Positions 30,360 through 38,997 of a DNA stretch of 64,000 bases are shown here, piece after piece; position 1 is the stretch's first letter, and each line of letters starts with the position of its first letter. The stretch spans positions 18,185 through 82,184 of the forward strand of contig CADBSK010000138.1 of the NCBI GenBank assembly GCA_902797305.1. Reading direction: 5' to 3'. Under the pieces are notes generated by a model that was given only the letters and a program-made list of their open reading frames with translations, had not been told where the DNA came from and did not search any database. A program made the position numbers and the translations under genes. The stretch is from an uncultured Spirochaetaceae bacterium (GTDB lineage: Bacteria; Spirochaetota; Spirochaetia; Treponematales; Treponemataceae).

Positions 30360-31760
30360 GAAGATACCAGCGCCCTCACCATACCAACAAGGATTATTTT
30401 CAAGATAATCATTTTTAGAAGAACATAAACTAATAGAAATACCTGTGTTAGGTAAATAATAATCCATCACATCCCAATATTTTGCACAACCACCTGAGTT
30501 CTCACCAATAACTATAACCTTATCAGGACCTATAATTTTTTTTGCTATAAGAACCATTGTCTCGCTTGCACTTAAAGTATTTCTATCTATTAGGAAAACA
30601 AGTTTGCCGTCATAGTTTGAAGAAAATTCAGTAGTTTTATTTTCAAGTGTTTGCGCAAAAGTATTTTTCTGCGGATTTTTCTGCATTTTTTTCATTTTCG
30701 TAACAAAAATTTTACCGTATGTAGTATTTAATTCATCTGTTATTTCAAATAATTTTAAATGTGCAAGAACTGTTGCTGGGGATTCTATTGTCGTAGTTTC
30801 AAAGTATGTAGAATCAAGAAATTTATACATTGTATTCTGTGTTTTATATGAAAATGCAGAATGCTTTTTATCATATAAAGACCAAATTGCATATTCCCCA
30901 TAAACAGCACGCCCCCCAACATTACTTCGTAAATCGATTATTATATTTTGCTTTTTATACCATTTGCTACCAATATTTGAAAATTTCTCAAGTACTAAAT
31001 CCGCCCCCTTTCTATATTTTGAATCTTCAGGAGGTAAAACAAAAGAAGAAAGACTCACATACACAGAACCTTTTGTTTCAATATCATGATATTTAATTGT
31101 AGGCGAATACTGAATAACACCATCGTCGTAAAGCTTTAAAGATATATTACCTTTGTTAAAAAGAAAGTCTTCATTACTTAACTCAGAACTTACAAATTTA
31201 CCTATTCGATATATAGAAGTACCTTTTGATGGATAATAAAACAAACATTTTTTATCACCTATGTATTCATCACCAACTTTTAAGTAAGAAGAATCTGTTT
31301 CACAGACATAATATTTGTTTTCATATTCGTTAACAAAGGTATTTGTTAATAAACAACTCAGATTTTTACAAGCAGATATTGCAAGCAATGCATTATGATC
31401 ATAAATTGTAAAATGACGATCTATTATATATTTAAACAGTACCTTATAAATATCCTCATATACATCTTTAGTAAAAATATTTTCTTGATTCTGGTACTTA
31501 TTCTTTATAAAACTGTCAATTTTTTCTTCATCATAACCATTTAATTTCATCTCTTCATATCCGACATAGGCTTGAGAAATATAATAAAAAAGAAAGTCTA
31601 GGTCATTTTCTAATTCCTTATAAGTTATGGTATTTTTTATATTCTTTGGCCAAACATAAATTTCTTTTAGCTGTGTCATTTCAGAATTTATTAGTTTTGA
31701 TGAAGAATAACTGTTAAACAAAGCTAGAGAAAATACAAAATATAAAATAATTTTTTTCAT
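30252..31760 (-). CDS. Secreted S41-family peptidase (paralog 2)
   Basis: Signal peptide; IIDLRSNVGG, DRNTLSASE, IGENSGG, GIFPD. Confidence 0.85.
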   Translation of the reverse strand: MKKIILYFVFSLALFNSYSSSKLINSEMTQLKEIYVWPKNIKNTITYKELENDLDFLFYYISQAYVGYEEMKLNGYDEEKIDSFIKNKYQNQENIFTKDVYEDIYKVLFKYIIDRHFTIYDHNALLAISACKNLSCLLTNTFVNEYENKYYVCETDSSYLKVGDEYIGDKKCLFYYPSKGTSIYRIGKFVSSELSNEDFLFNKGNISLKLYDDGVIQYSPTIKYHDIETKGSVYVSLSSFVLPPEDSKYRKGADLVLEKFSNIGSKWYKKQNIIIDLRSNVGGRAVYGEYAIWSLYDKKHSAFSYKTQNTMYKFLDSTYFETTTIESPATVLAHLKLFEITDELNTTYGKIFVTKMKKMQKNPQKNTFAQTLENKTTEFSSNYDGKLVFLIDRNTLSASETMVLIAKKIIGPDKVIVIGENSGGCAKYWDVMDYYLPNTGISISLCSSKNDYLENNPCWYGEGAGIFPDYWSTGQDLNETIFLVTQDEEMKQKLKGISSRLM

Positions 31761-31833
31761 ATATAAATGCCTAAAAGTATCTGACTGTTAAAAACAGCCA
31801 GATACTTATCTTTTGTCCTATAAAATTATAAGA

Positions 31834-32028
31834 TTAAAATCCTCCACAAAATACAGGAGTACCACCACCTGCAATAGTAGAACCAGTTCCTTGAAAACCT
31901 GTACCACTTTGATATCCATGACCAGCAGATGGATCTCCTCCAACAACATTCAATAATTCTTCTTCAGATAATTCAAACAGATTTCCGAATAAATTATTAA
32001 AACTTTCTTTTTTTAATGTTTTATTCAT
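31834..32028 (-). CDS. Double-glycine RiPP precursor E (64 aa): leader ..LFELSEEELLNVVGG, core DPSAGHGYQSGTGFQGTGSTIAGGGTPVFCGGF
   Basis: Classic ELSEEEL..VVGG leader; AAAGGA RBS before ATG 32028; downstream hairpin 31775-31807. Confidence 0.88.
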   Translation of the reverse strand: MNKTLKKESFNNLFGNLFELSEEELLNVVGGDPSAGHGYQSGTGFQGTGSTIAGGGTPVFCGGF

Positions 32029-32041
32029 TTTAATTCCTTTC

Positions 32042-32069
32042 ATAATTTAGAAGGCGCCTTCTAAATTAT
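32042..32069. promoter_or_regulatory. Perfect 28-bp palindrome upstream of precursor E
   Basis: ATAATTTAGAAGGC|GCCTTCTAAATTAT. Confidence 0.5.
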
Positions 32070-32152
32070 TTTCTTATTTTTTTTACTTTCATCCGAAAGC
32101 ATATTAAAAGACTCTGCGCAATAGTCTTTAATAATCTCATTTATTTATATTC

Positions 32153-33340
32153 TTACTTATTAATTAAACCCAGTTTAGTTAAAACAAAAATATACATTGG
32201 CTCTGTTCTAGAGATAATCTTACACTCTGCATTCATACCATTTATAAGTTCTATTTTTCTTTTATTACGTTTTTGTACAAAATACGACACGCTCAATTTC
32301 CCCTTTACAATATAACTCGTACTATCAAAATATTGGGAATCTTTTGAAATTTCAGAAACGACACCACCAATTCTTGAATACTCAGAAGATGGATATTTTG
32401 TAAAACTAATCGTAAAATTTTGCCCGCTTTTAATTTCTGCAATATCATCTGATGAAATATAAATATCAATATTTGGATTTTCAGTAGATTCAGGAATTAT
32501 TTTTGCTAGTATAGTATCCTCTAAAACAGAATCACCAATAACAGTCTTTTGAATTTCATCAATATACCCAGACACAGAAGCTCGGATTATAGTCTTTTCT
32601 AATTCATATTGATAATTTAATAAAGAAGACTTCTCATTTTGTATACTTTGATTTAGAGAAATTAATTTTTCAGAAACATCTTTCTTACTAGTAAAAACAT
32701 AATTTTTTAACTCCAATGAATCATCAAGCATTATTTTTTCATATTTTTCTAACTCCGCTTTACTTGTAAAACCTGGATATAGTTTTAATTCCCGTTCATA
32801 ATCCATTTTTGATTTTTCAGCACTTGCCTTTAATTGTTGTACTTTAGAAGAAAATGACTGTATTGCTGCATTACCTGATAATATGGCATCATTAACTTTA
32901 TTGTGCGTAATATAACTATCGATTATTGTTAGTAACTCATTATTATTATTGATTTCCGTGCTTAAACTCGCTATTCTTTTTTCAATAGAAATTATATTTT
33001 GCTTGATAGATTCATTCTTTAGCACATATAAAACTTGACCTTTTAAAACTTTTTGATTAGAAACAAATAACTTTTCTTCCAATACACCACTCGTAATAGG
33101 TACTATTTTTGAGATTTCTTCAGAAGGTCTTATCACCCCTTTTGCCCTTATTACAACATCATATGGCAAAAATATTACTAATAAAAATGAGAAAAGAACA
33201 ATTAATAAAACTGCGATAAATGATGATTTTATTATATCTGGTAACGACATCTCATAATATATTTTCGAAGCTGTTAATTCTTCTATACCAACAAACTTAA
33301 AAGAACAATTATCTTTATCTTTTTTAACCGAATCACTCAT
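32153..33340 (-). CDS. HlyD-family membrane fusion protein for peptide export
   Basis: N-terminal TM, VLKGQVLY, coiled coil, IRASVSGYI, GMNAECKII; adjacent to the C39 ABC exporter. Confidence 0.88.
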   Translation of the reverse strand: MSDSVKKDKDNCSFKFVGIEELTASKIYYEMSLPDIIKSSFIAVLLIVLFSFLLVIFLPYDVVIRAKGVIRPSEEISKIVPITSGVLEEKLFVSNQKVLKGQVLYVLKNESIKQNIISIEKRIASLSTEINNNNELLTIIDSYITHNKVNDAILSGNAAIQSFSSKVQQLKASAEKSKMDYERELKLYPGFTSKAELEKYEKIMLDDSLELKNYVFTSKKDVSEKLISLNQSIQNEKSSLLNYQYELEKTIIRASVSGYIDEIQKTVIGDSVLEDTILAKIIPESTENPNIDIYISSDDIAEIKSGQNFTISFTKYPSSEYSRIGGVVSEISKDSQYFDSTSYIVKGKLSVSYFVQKRNKRKIELINGMNAECKIISRTEPMYIFVLTKLGLINK

Positions 33341-33352
33341 ATTAATATCCTG

Positions 33353-35491
33353 CTACATATTCCAAAGTTTGTAATATAAACCTTTCAACCTTAAAAGTTC
33401 CTCATGAGTTCCTTTTTCCTCTATCTGCCCATTATTCATTACAAAAATTAAATCACTATTTACAATTGTCGAAAGCCTGTGAGCAACTGTAATTGTAATA
33501 ATCTTATTATCACCCAGCTCATCCACGACTTTTTGAAATTCTCTTTCACTAACAGTATCCAAAGCACTTGTGGCTTCATCTAACAAAAGAATTTTCGGAC
33601 AAGATAACAATGCTCTTGCAAGAGCAATACGCTGTCGTTCCCCACCACTTAAAGAAGAACCTCTTTCACTTATTTTTGAAAAATATTTATCTGGAAGATT
33701 TTCTATAAAAGTTGACGCTTGAGCTTTTTCACAGGCATTTTTTACATCTTCCAAAGAATATTCTGATCTACCCATTGTAATATTTTCATATATTGTTCCA
33801 CTAAACAAATACACTTCTTGAGGTACATAGCCTATAGAACTTCTTAAATAATCCGCTGATATATCATTCAAGTTTTGTCCCGATATTGTTATTGAACCAT
33901 TCTCAATTGAGTAAAATTTTAAAAGTAATTTCATAATAGTAGACTTACCACAGCCTGATGCTCCAACAAAAGCAATTTTATGATTATTATCTGTTGTAAA
34001 AGATAAATTTTCAAAAACAGGGTGTCTTACTCCATATCTGAAAGTCACATTATTAAATTCTATCGGTACTGATATATCTTGATTATCCACCGAAATCTGC
34101 TGATCACTATTTAATTTTTCTTTTTCTAGTTCAAAAATCTCACCAATTCTCTCTGCAGAAACCACAGCTTCTTGAATTTGCGGTTGAAAATCAATAAAAC
34201 GATTTAATGGGCCTGTAAAAAATGCTGATAAAGTATTAAAACTTATTAATTGTCCAAGGCTAAGTTTATCTTTTAAGATTAAATATCCACCAATCCAGAA
34301 AATTAAATTTACACTCAAGCCTGAAAGAAAATTTGTAAATAACTCTTTTATATTACCTTTATTCCAAGCCTCCTGTTGCAAATCTACATATTGAACAAGA
34401 TTCTCTTCATATTTTTGGGCAGAATATTCATGAGCATTTAAGCTTTTAATTACATGAAGTCCTGAAAACATTTCTATAAGGAAGGAATTTATTGAAGCTT
34501 TATGTCTTAACTGTTCTCTATAATTTTTAATAAAAAACTTTGAAAAACAATAAATAATTATGCTTGATAGAACAAATATAGAAATTAAAATCAAAAATAA
34601 GCTTAAATTTGAAATTGCTAAATAGATTCCAATAAAAAACATTATTACGAAATCCAAAATCGTACCAAACGCAATATTCGAAAATGCCAATCGAATTTTT
34701 TCACTATCATCAAAACGGCTTATTATTTCACCTGTTTGTCTCGAATCAAAGAAATCCACCGGTAATCTTAAAATATGCTTAATATAAGACATTGATAAAG
34801 AAATATCAGTCTTTAAGGAAAACAATCTTAAAAATTGAGAGCGTATAATCGTTAAAACACTTGTAAAAAAAGACAAAAAGACCGCTATCAAACTCAATGA
34901 ATGTAACGTTGTTATCGCTTTTGCACCTACCACATCATCAATAAAAAACTGAAAATATAATCCGCTACAAATGCCAATCAGACTTAAAAGTAAAGATGCA
35001 ACAAACATTAAAATCACAAATCTAATATGCGGTTTTATTAATGGTAAAAATTTTAATAATTTATTCTGTCCTTTGTTTATCTTAAAATCAGGTGTGGGTG
35101 ATACAAGTACAGAATAACCACTCCAAATCTTAAGAAAATCTTCCCTTCTATATTTGATTTTACTTCCTGCAGGATCAGCCACGTATACTTTTTTTTCTGA
35201 AATTTTATAAACTACAACAAAATGATTCCAACCAGCCTCATAAACAACATGAGCTATAAAAGGCACAGGAAATTCTCCATTTAATACTTCAGAATTTCCT
35301 TTAACTGCCTTTGCATCAAGACTTAAATTCTTACAAGCTTGTAATATGCCTCTTAAAGACGTACCGTTTCTGTCAGTACCAGCTATTTTTCGTATTTGAG
35401 TAATTGAATTATAACTTTTATAATATCGGCAAATCATTGCGATGCAAGCCGCACCACAATCGTTACCGTCAAATTGTTTTATTAATTTCAT
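33353..35491 (-). CDS. Peptidase-containing ABC transporter (C39 peptidase, TMD, ATPase)
   Basis: QFDGNDCGAAC, HFVVV, ADP (Cys-His-Asp); Walker A GASGCGKST; LSGGERQR; DEATSALD. Confidence 0.95.
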   Translation of the reverse strand: MKLIKQFDGNDCGAACIAMICRYYKSYNSITQIRKIAGTDRNGTSLRGILQACKNLSLDAKAVKGNSEVLNGEFPVPFIAHVVYEAGWNHFVVVYKISEKKVYVADPAGSKIKYRREDFLKIWSGYSVLVSPTPDFKINKGQNKLLKFLPLIKPHIRFVILMFVASLLLSLIGICSGLYFQFFIDDVVGAKAITTLHSLSLIAVFLSFFTSVLTIIRSQFLRLFSLKTDISLSMSYIKHILRLPVDFFDSRQTGEIISRFDDSEKIRLAFSNIAFGTILDFVIMFFIGIYLAISNLSLFLILISIFVLSSIIIYCFSKFFIKNYREQLRHKASINSFLIEMFSGLHVIKSLNAHEYSAQKYEENLVQYVDLQQEAWNKGNIKELFTNFLSGLSVNLIFWIGGYLILKDKLSLGQLISFNTLSAFFTGPLNRFIDFQPQIQEAVVSAERIGEIFELEKEKLNSDQQISVDNQDISVPIEFNNVTFRYGVRHPVFENLSFTTDNNHKIAFVGASGCGKSTIMKLLLKFYSIENGSITISGQNLNDISADYLRSSIGYVPQEVYLFSGTIYENITMGRSEYSLEDVKNACEKAQASTFIENLPDKYFSKISERGSSLSGGERQRIALARALLSCPKILLLDEATSALDTVSEREFQKVVDELGDNKIITITVAHRLSTIVNSDLIFVMNNGQIEEKGTHEELLRLKGLYYKLWNM

Positions 35492-35497
35492 TTTAAT

Positions 35498-37006
35498 TTA
35501 CTTTAAGCTAAATTCTATGCCTTTCAATTTTTGCTTCATTTCTTCATCTTGAGTAACAAGAAATATTGTTTCATTTAAGTCTTGACCTGTGGTCCAATAA
35601 TCAGGATAAATACCTACACCTTCACCATGCCAAATTGAGCAACTACTTAAAAATTTTAAATGTTCAGAACCTAAGTGTAATCTTAATTTACTTTCTGGCA
35701 GTAGATAATCATATATCTCACCATATTCCAAACTACCATACGAATTTTCCCCAATTATAATAATGCATTCATTACCAAAAATTTTCTTAGCAAAGACAGG
35801 AAACAATTCTGCCGCGCTAATAGAATTTCTATCTATCAAAAAAATTAACTGTTTGTCCCTTAATGGTGATGATATCCATTTACTTTCCGTATTACGATAC
35901 CAATAATTTATCTTTGGATTTTTCTTATGTTCTTTTAATATTCTTAAAGCATCTCTTTTATGATATTTTGAATTTTCTACTTCGTAGTTATTTATAAAAT
36001 TAAATTTAGCAGTAGCGATAACTGGAGAATCTATAAATTGTTTTTCGAAAAAATTATCTTCAAAAAACAAGTCCATCTTCTTTGTAAATTTTTCAAATTT
36101 CTTTTCGCTTATAAATGTGTTATATAAAAAAGTTTCTATACTATTTAGTTCTCCTCCCTTATTTCCTCTTAAATCAATTACAATATTTTTTTTATTTTTC
36201 CATTCTTGTGAAAGATTTTCAAATTTACTAAAAATAATTTCTGCACCCTTTCTTGTATTTGATTTTTTATGTGGAAACAAAAAACTAGAAATACTCACAT
36301 ACCCAGTCCTATCAGTTTCTATTTGATGATATTTAATTCCAAAACCTGAATCAATGTTTCCATCATCATACACTGGCATTTTTATTTTATTACCATTAAT
36401 TTCAAATTCAGCAGAGTCAATCCGCTTATCAGAAAGCACACCCAAACGATATACATTTTTTCCTTTTGCAGGATAATAAAATACATTTTCCTCTGATAAA
36501 GAAAATGAAGCCCCTTTATAAAATTTATCAAAATCTGATTCAATCAAATAATATTCATTATTCTTCTTTTCAAAAAAAGTATTAGTCCACAAAATTAACC
36601 TTTTTTTAGTTATGTAGTAATTTTCATTTGAAAGATTAGCCGAAATTGAAAAATGTCCATCTTTCACATAAAAAGCTAAATATTCAGAAATATCTTTCAT
36701 TAATTGTCTGGTATTTACGTTTTCTACACCAGTATATTTTTCTGTCAAAAAAATCTTAAATTTTTCTTCTTCAAATCCTTTCTGCCTCATTGAGTCATAA
36801 CCTGCATATGCAGATTTAAGGTAATAACAAATATAATCAATATCCTTCAATAATTGTTCATATGTTATTTCAGAAAGGCCTTTACTAAATTCATTCGGGA
36901 AATAACATTCTTTGATTTCACATTGTTCAGAATATAGAAGAGTATCATTTGCAAAAGTATTAAAACTCACGAAAAGCAATAAAAAAATTGAAATTACTTT
37001 TTTCAT
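35498..37006 (-). CDS. Secreted S41-family peptidase (paralog 1)
   Basis: Signal peptide; VIDLRGNKGG, DRNSISAAE, IGENSYG, GIYPD. Confidence 0.85.
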   Translation of the reverse strand: MKKVISIFLLLFVSFNTFANDTLLYSEQCEIKECYFPNEFSKGLSEITYEQLLKDIDYICYYLKSAYAGYDSMRQKGFEEEKFKIFLTEKYTGVENVNTRQLMKDISEYLAFYVKDGHFSISANLSNENYYITKKRLILWTNTFFEKKNNEYYLIESDFDKFYKGASFSLSEENVFYYPAKGKNVYRLGVLSDKRIDSAEFEINGNKIKMPVYDDGNIDSGFGIKYHQIETDRTGYVSISSFLFPHKKSNTRKGAEIIFSKFENLSQEWKNKKNIVIDLRGNKGGELNSIETFLYNTFISEKKFEKFTKKMDLFFEDNFFEKQFIDSPVIATAKFNFINNYEVENSKYHKRDALRILKEHKKNPKINYWYRNTESKWISSPLRDKQLIFLIDRNSISAAELFPVFAKKIFGNECIIIIGENSYGSLEYGEIYDYLLPESKLRLHLGSEHLKFLSSCSIWHGEGVGIYPDYWTTGQDLNETIFLVTQDEEMKQKLKGIEFSLK

Positions 37007-37070
37007 AAAAACCCCATAACAGTCGGAATGAAAAGGGCCCGTTTCATTCCGACAATATTAAATATTATTT

Positions 37071-37166
37071 TTAGTTACCAGCGTGGCAATAAGGAGCGCA
37101 ACATCCGCCCATAACTTCATCAAGCATCTCTTCAGATACTTCAAGAATAGCAACTGTATTTTTCAT
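37071..37166 (-). CDS. Double-glycine RiPP precursor A (31 aa): MKNTVAILEVSEEMLDEVMGG-CCAPYCHAGN
   Basis: Hand-translated; GGAG RBS; downstream hairpin 37022-37053. Confidence 0.85.
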   Translation of the reverse strand: MKNTVAILEVSEEMLDEVMGGCCAPYCHAGN

Positions 37167-37275
37167 TTTTTCTCCATAGTATTTAATATAAAGTACTTTT
37201 TACTGAATCAACGATTCATTTTTATATTGATCATGATCTCAATAATTTTTGAATTATTGATTATATTTTTTATAT

Positions 37276-37377
37276 TTATCTTCCGAATGGACCCGCATAT
37301 GGTCCAAAATAAATACCACCAGAAATTTCATCCAAACATTCTTCAGAAACTTCCAATAGTAAACTATTTTCAAGCAT
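37276..37377 (-). CDS. Double-glycine RiPP precursor B (33 aa): MLENSLLLEVSEECLDEISGG-IYFGPYAGPFGR
   Basis: Hand-translated; GGAGGT RBS; downstream hairpin 37239-37260. Confidence 0.85.
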   Translation of the reverse strand: MLENSLLLEVSEECLDEISGGIYFGPYAGPFGR

Positions 37378-37531
37378 AAAAACTACCTCCCTTTTTATTA
37401 TCTTGTGCACATTTTTATAAACTTCAACGAAGTTATTCATGAAGTTACACAAACTTCTCGTATCAATTAATAAATATTTTTAACAAGTAGAATTTAATCT
37501 TTCTTGTTAAAAGACCAATAAGAATATTTAT

Positions 37532-37657
37532 TTACCGTGCTGGAAGTCCGCCGTAACCGACACAATAACCTCCGGTAATTTCATCCAAATCTTCTCCTGT
37601 TACTTCTAACAAAAGATTAATTATACAACTATTAATCTTCTCTTTTAATTCTTTCAT
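37532..37657 (-). CDS. Double-glycine RiPP precursor C (41 aa): MKELKEKINSCIINLLLEVTGEDLDEITGG-YCVGYGGLPAR
   Basis: Hand-translated; GGAG RBS (alternative ATG at 37672); downstream hairpin 37477-37512. Confidence 0.85.
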   Translation of the reverse strand: MKELKEKINSCIINLLLEVTGEDLDEITGGYCVGYGGLPAR

Positions 37658-37740
37658 TTCATCGTTCTCCATTTTTTCAAAATTCTCAAGAAAGTTATAC
37701 AGTTCTCAGGTAATTAGAGAACTGTATATTTCACAAACAA

Positions 37741-37869
37741 TTATCGGCTCGGACAACCATAACAAGGCCCCAAACCTAATCCACCAGAAACTTCATCCAA
37801 ATCTTCTCCGGTTACTTCTAACAAAAGATTTATAACGTAATCATTAATCTTCTCTTTTAGTTCTTTCAT
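37741..37869 (-). CDS. Double-glycine RiPP precursor D (42 aa): MKELKEKINDYVINLLLEVTGEDLDEVSGG-LGLGPCYGCPSR
   Basis: Hand-translated; starts 1 nt after the rSAM stop with an AGGAGG RBS; downstream hairpin 37696-37728. Confidence 0.87.
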   Translation of the reverse strand: MKELKEKINDYVINLLLEVTGEDLDEVSGGLGLGPCYGCPSR

Positions 37870-37870
37870 C

Positions 37871-38992
37871 CTATTTTCCTCCTTTAATTAATCTATAATG
37901 ACACCTGCAAGGTTCTGATTTCATATCAGAATGCAAATGAATACCATTACCTAAACAACTCTTCCACTGTTTACAATGCTTACACTGCCCAACCTTTGCC
38001 CATTCACGATTACGCATATTTGTAAATTGATTTTCCCATATATCAGAAAAGTACTCAGTATAAATATTGCCTTGAATAAAATCCTTATTTCTAATGCTTA
38101 AACACCCCGTTACATCCCCATTACACATAACAGAAGCCACATGAACACCCGCTATACAGAAAAAGAAATTCTTTCTTACTTTTCGTTCATATCTTCCTAA
38201 ATATCCTTCACATGAGTATGAACAAGAAATCTTTTTATCATTGCTGTTTTTAAATGTATTTGTTTCAGCAATAAAATCTAGTAGTTGTGTATATTTTTCA
38301 AAAGATAATTTAATACCAGTTTTTGACGCACGCCCTTCTGGCCAAATGGAAAAAATCCTCCAAAATTCTACATTTTTATCAAATAAATAATTTCGTATTT
38401 TTTCCAAATTTTTAAAATTTTCATCATGCACACATGTAATCACATCATATAAAAACTTTGGATTCTTTTTACTTTGTTTAACAATAAAATCAATAGCCTT
38501 ACTAACATTTTCAAAACTTTTCGGATTTCGTCGCAAATAATTATGGTCTTCTTCCAAACCATCTAGAGAAACACTTATTGATAACATTCCTGCAGATACT
38601 AACGAATTAAACCTTTCCTCTGTTAAAAAAAGCCCATTAGTAACAATACCCCATGAAAAACCTCTTTTAACAATCTCTCTTCCTACATCTTCCAAATCTT
38701 TTCGTAAAAGAGGTTCCCCTCCCGTGATACAAACAAAAAGTTTCTTGTCGGGATTATTCTTTTTTATATCATCCAAAACTTTAATAAAGTCCTCTTTTGG
38801 CATATCTTTAACAGAAGAATCAGAAAGACAATCACTACCACAATGCAAACAAGAAAGATTACATCTCAAAGTACATTCCCAAAACAAATAAGTTAATTCA
38901 TGTTCTTTTATAGCTTTATCTCTTAGTTTAAAAAATAATCTTTTAGTCAAATACTCTTTAATAATTGTATTACTCACTTTTTTACACCTCAT
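37871..38992 (-). CDS. Radical SAM/SPASM peptide maturase (TIGR04133-like, splicease-related)
   Basis: LFWECTLRCNLSCLHCGSDC (CxxxCxxC), TGGEPL, SLDG; SPASM CIAG..NGDVTGCLSIR..QGNIY..CKHCKQWKSCLGNG. Confidence 0.85.
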   Translation of the reverse strand: MRCKKVSNTIIKEYLTKRLFFKLRDKAIKEHELTYLFWECTLRCNLSCLHCGSDCLSDSSVKDMPKEDFIKVLDDIKKNNPDKKLFVCITGGEPLLRKDLEDVGREIVKRGFSWGIVTNGLFLTEERFNSLVSAGMLSISVSLDGLEEDHNYLRRNPKSFENVSKAIDFIVKQSKKNPKFLYDVITCVHDENFKNLEKIRNYLFDKNVEFWRIFSIWPEGRASKTGIKLSFEKYTQLLDFIAETNTFKNSNDKKISCSYSCEGYLGRYERKVRKNFFFCIAGVHVASVMCNGDVTGCLSIRNKDFIQGNIYTEYFSDIWENQFTNMRNREWAKVGQCKHCKQWKSCLGNGIHLHSDMKSEPCRCHYRLIKGGK

Positions 38993-38997
38993 TATTT

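Noticed and set aside
26951-35626. Repeated ~100 bp segments as a CRISPR array or integron attC sites
   Set aside because: They lie inside S41 coding ends and are spaced kilobases apart. I see no RYYYAAC/GTTRRRY attC ends, cas genes or integrase.
37083-37379. 98 aa plus-strand ORF in the track
   Set aside because: It is antisense to precursors A and B, which have RBSs and conserved leaders.
37071-37869. Sactipeptide, ranthipeptide or lanthipeptide assignment
   Set aside because: Two of the six cores lack Cys and no LanB/C/M is present. Tyr is shared by all cores. A thioether role for the Cys-rich cores is not excluded.
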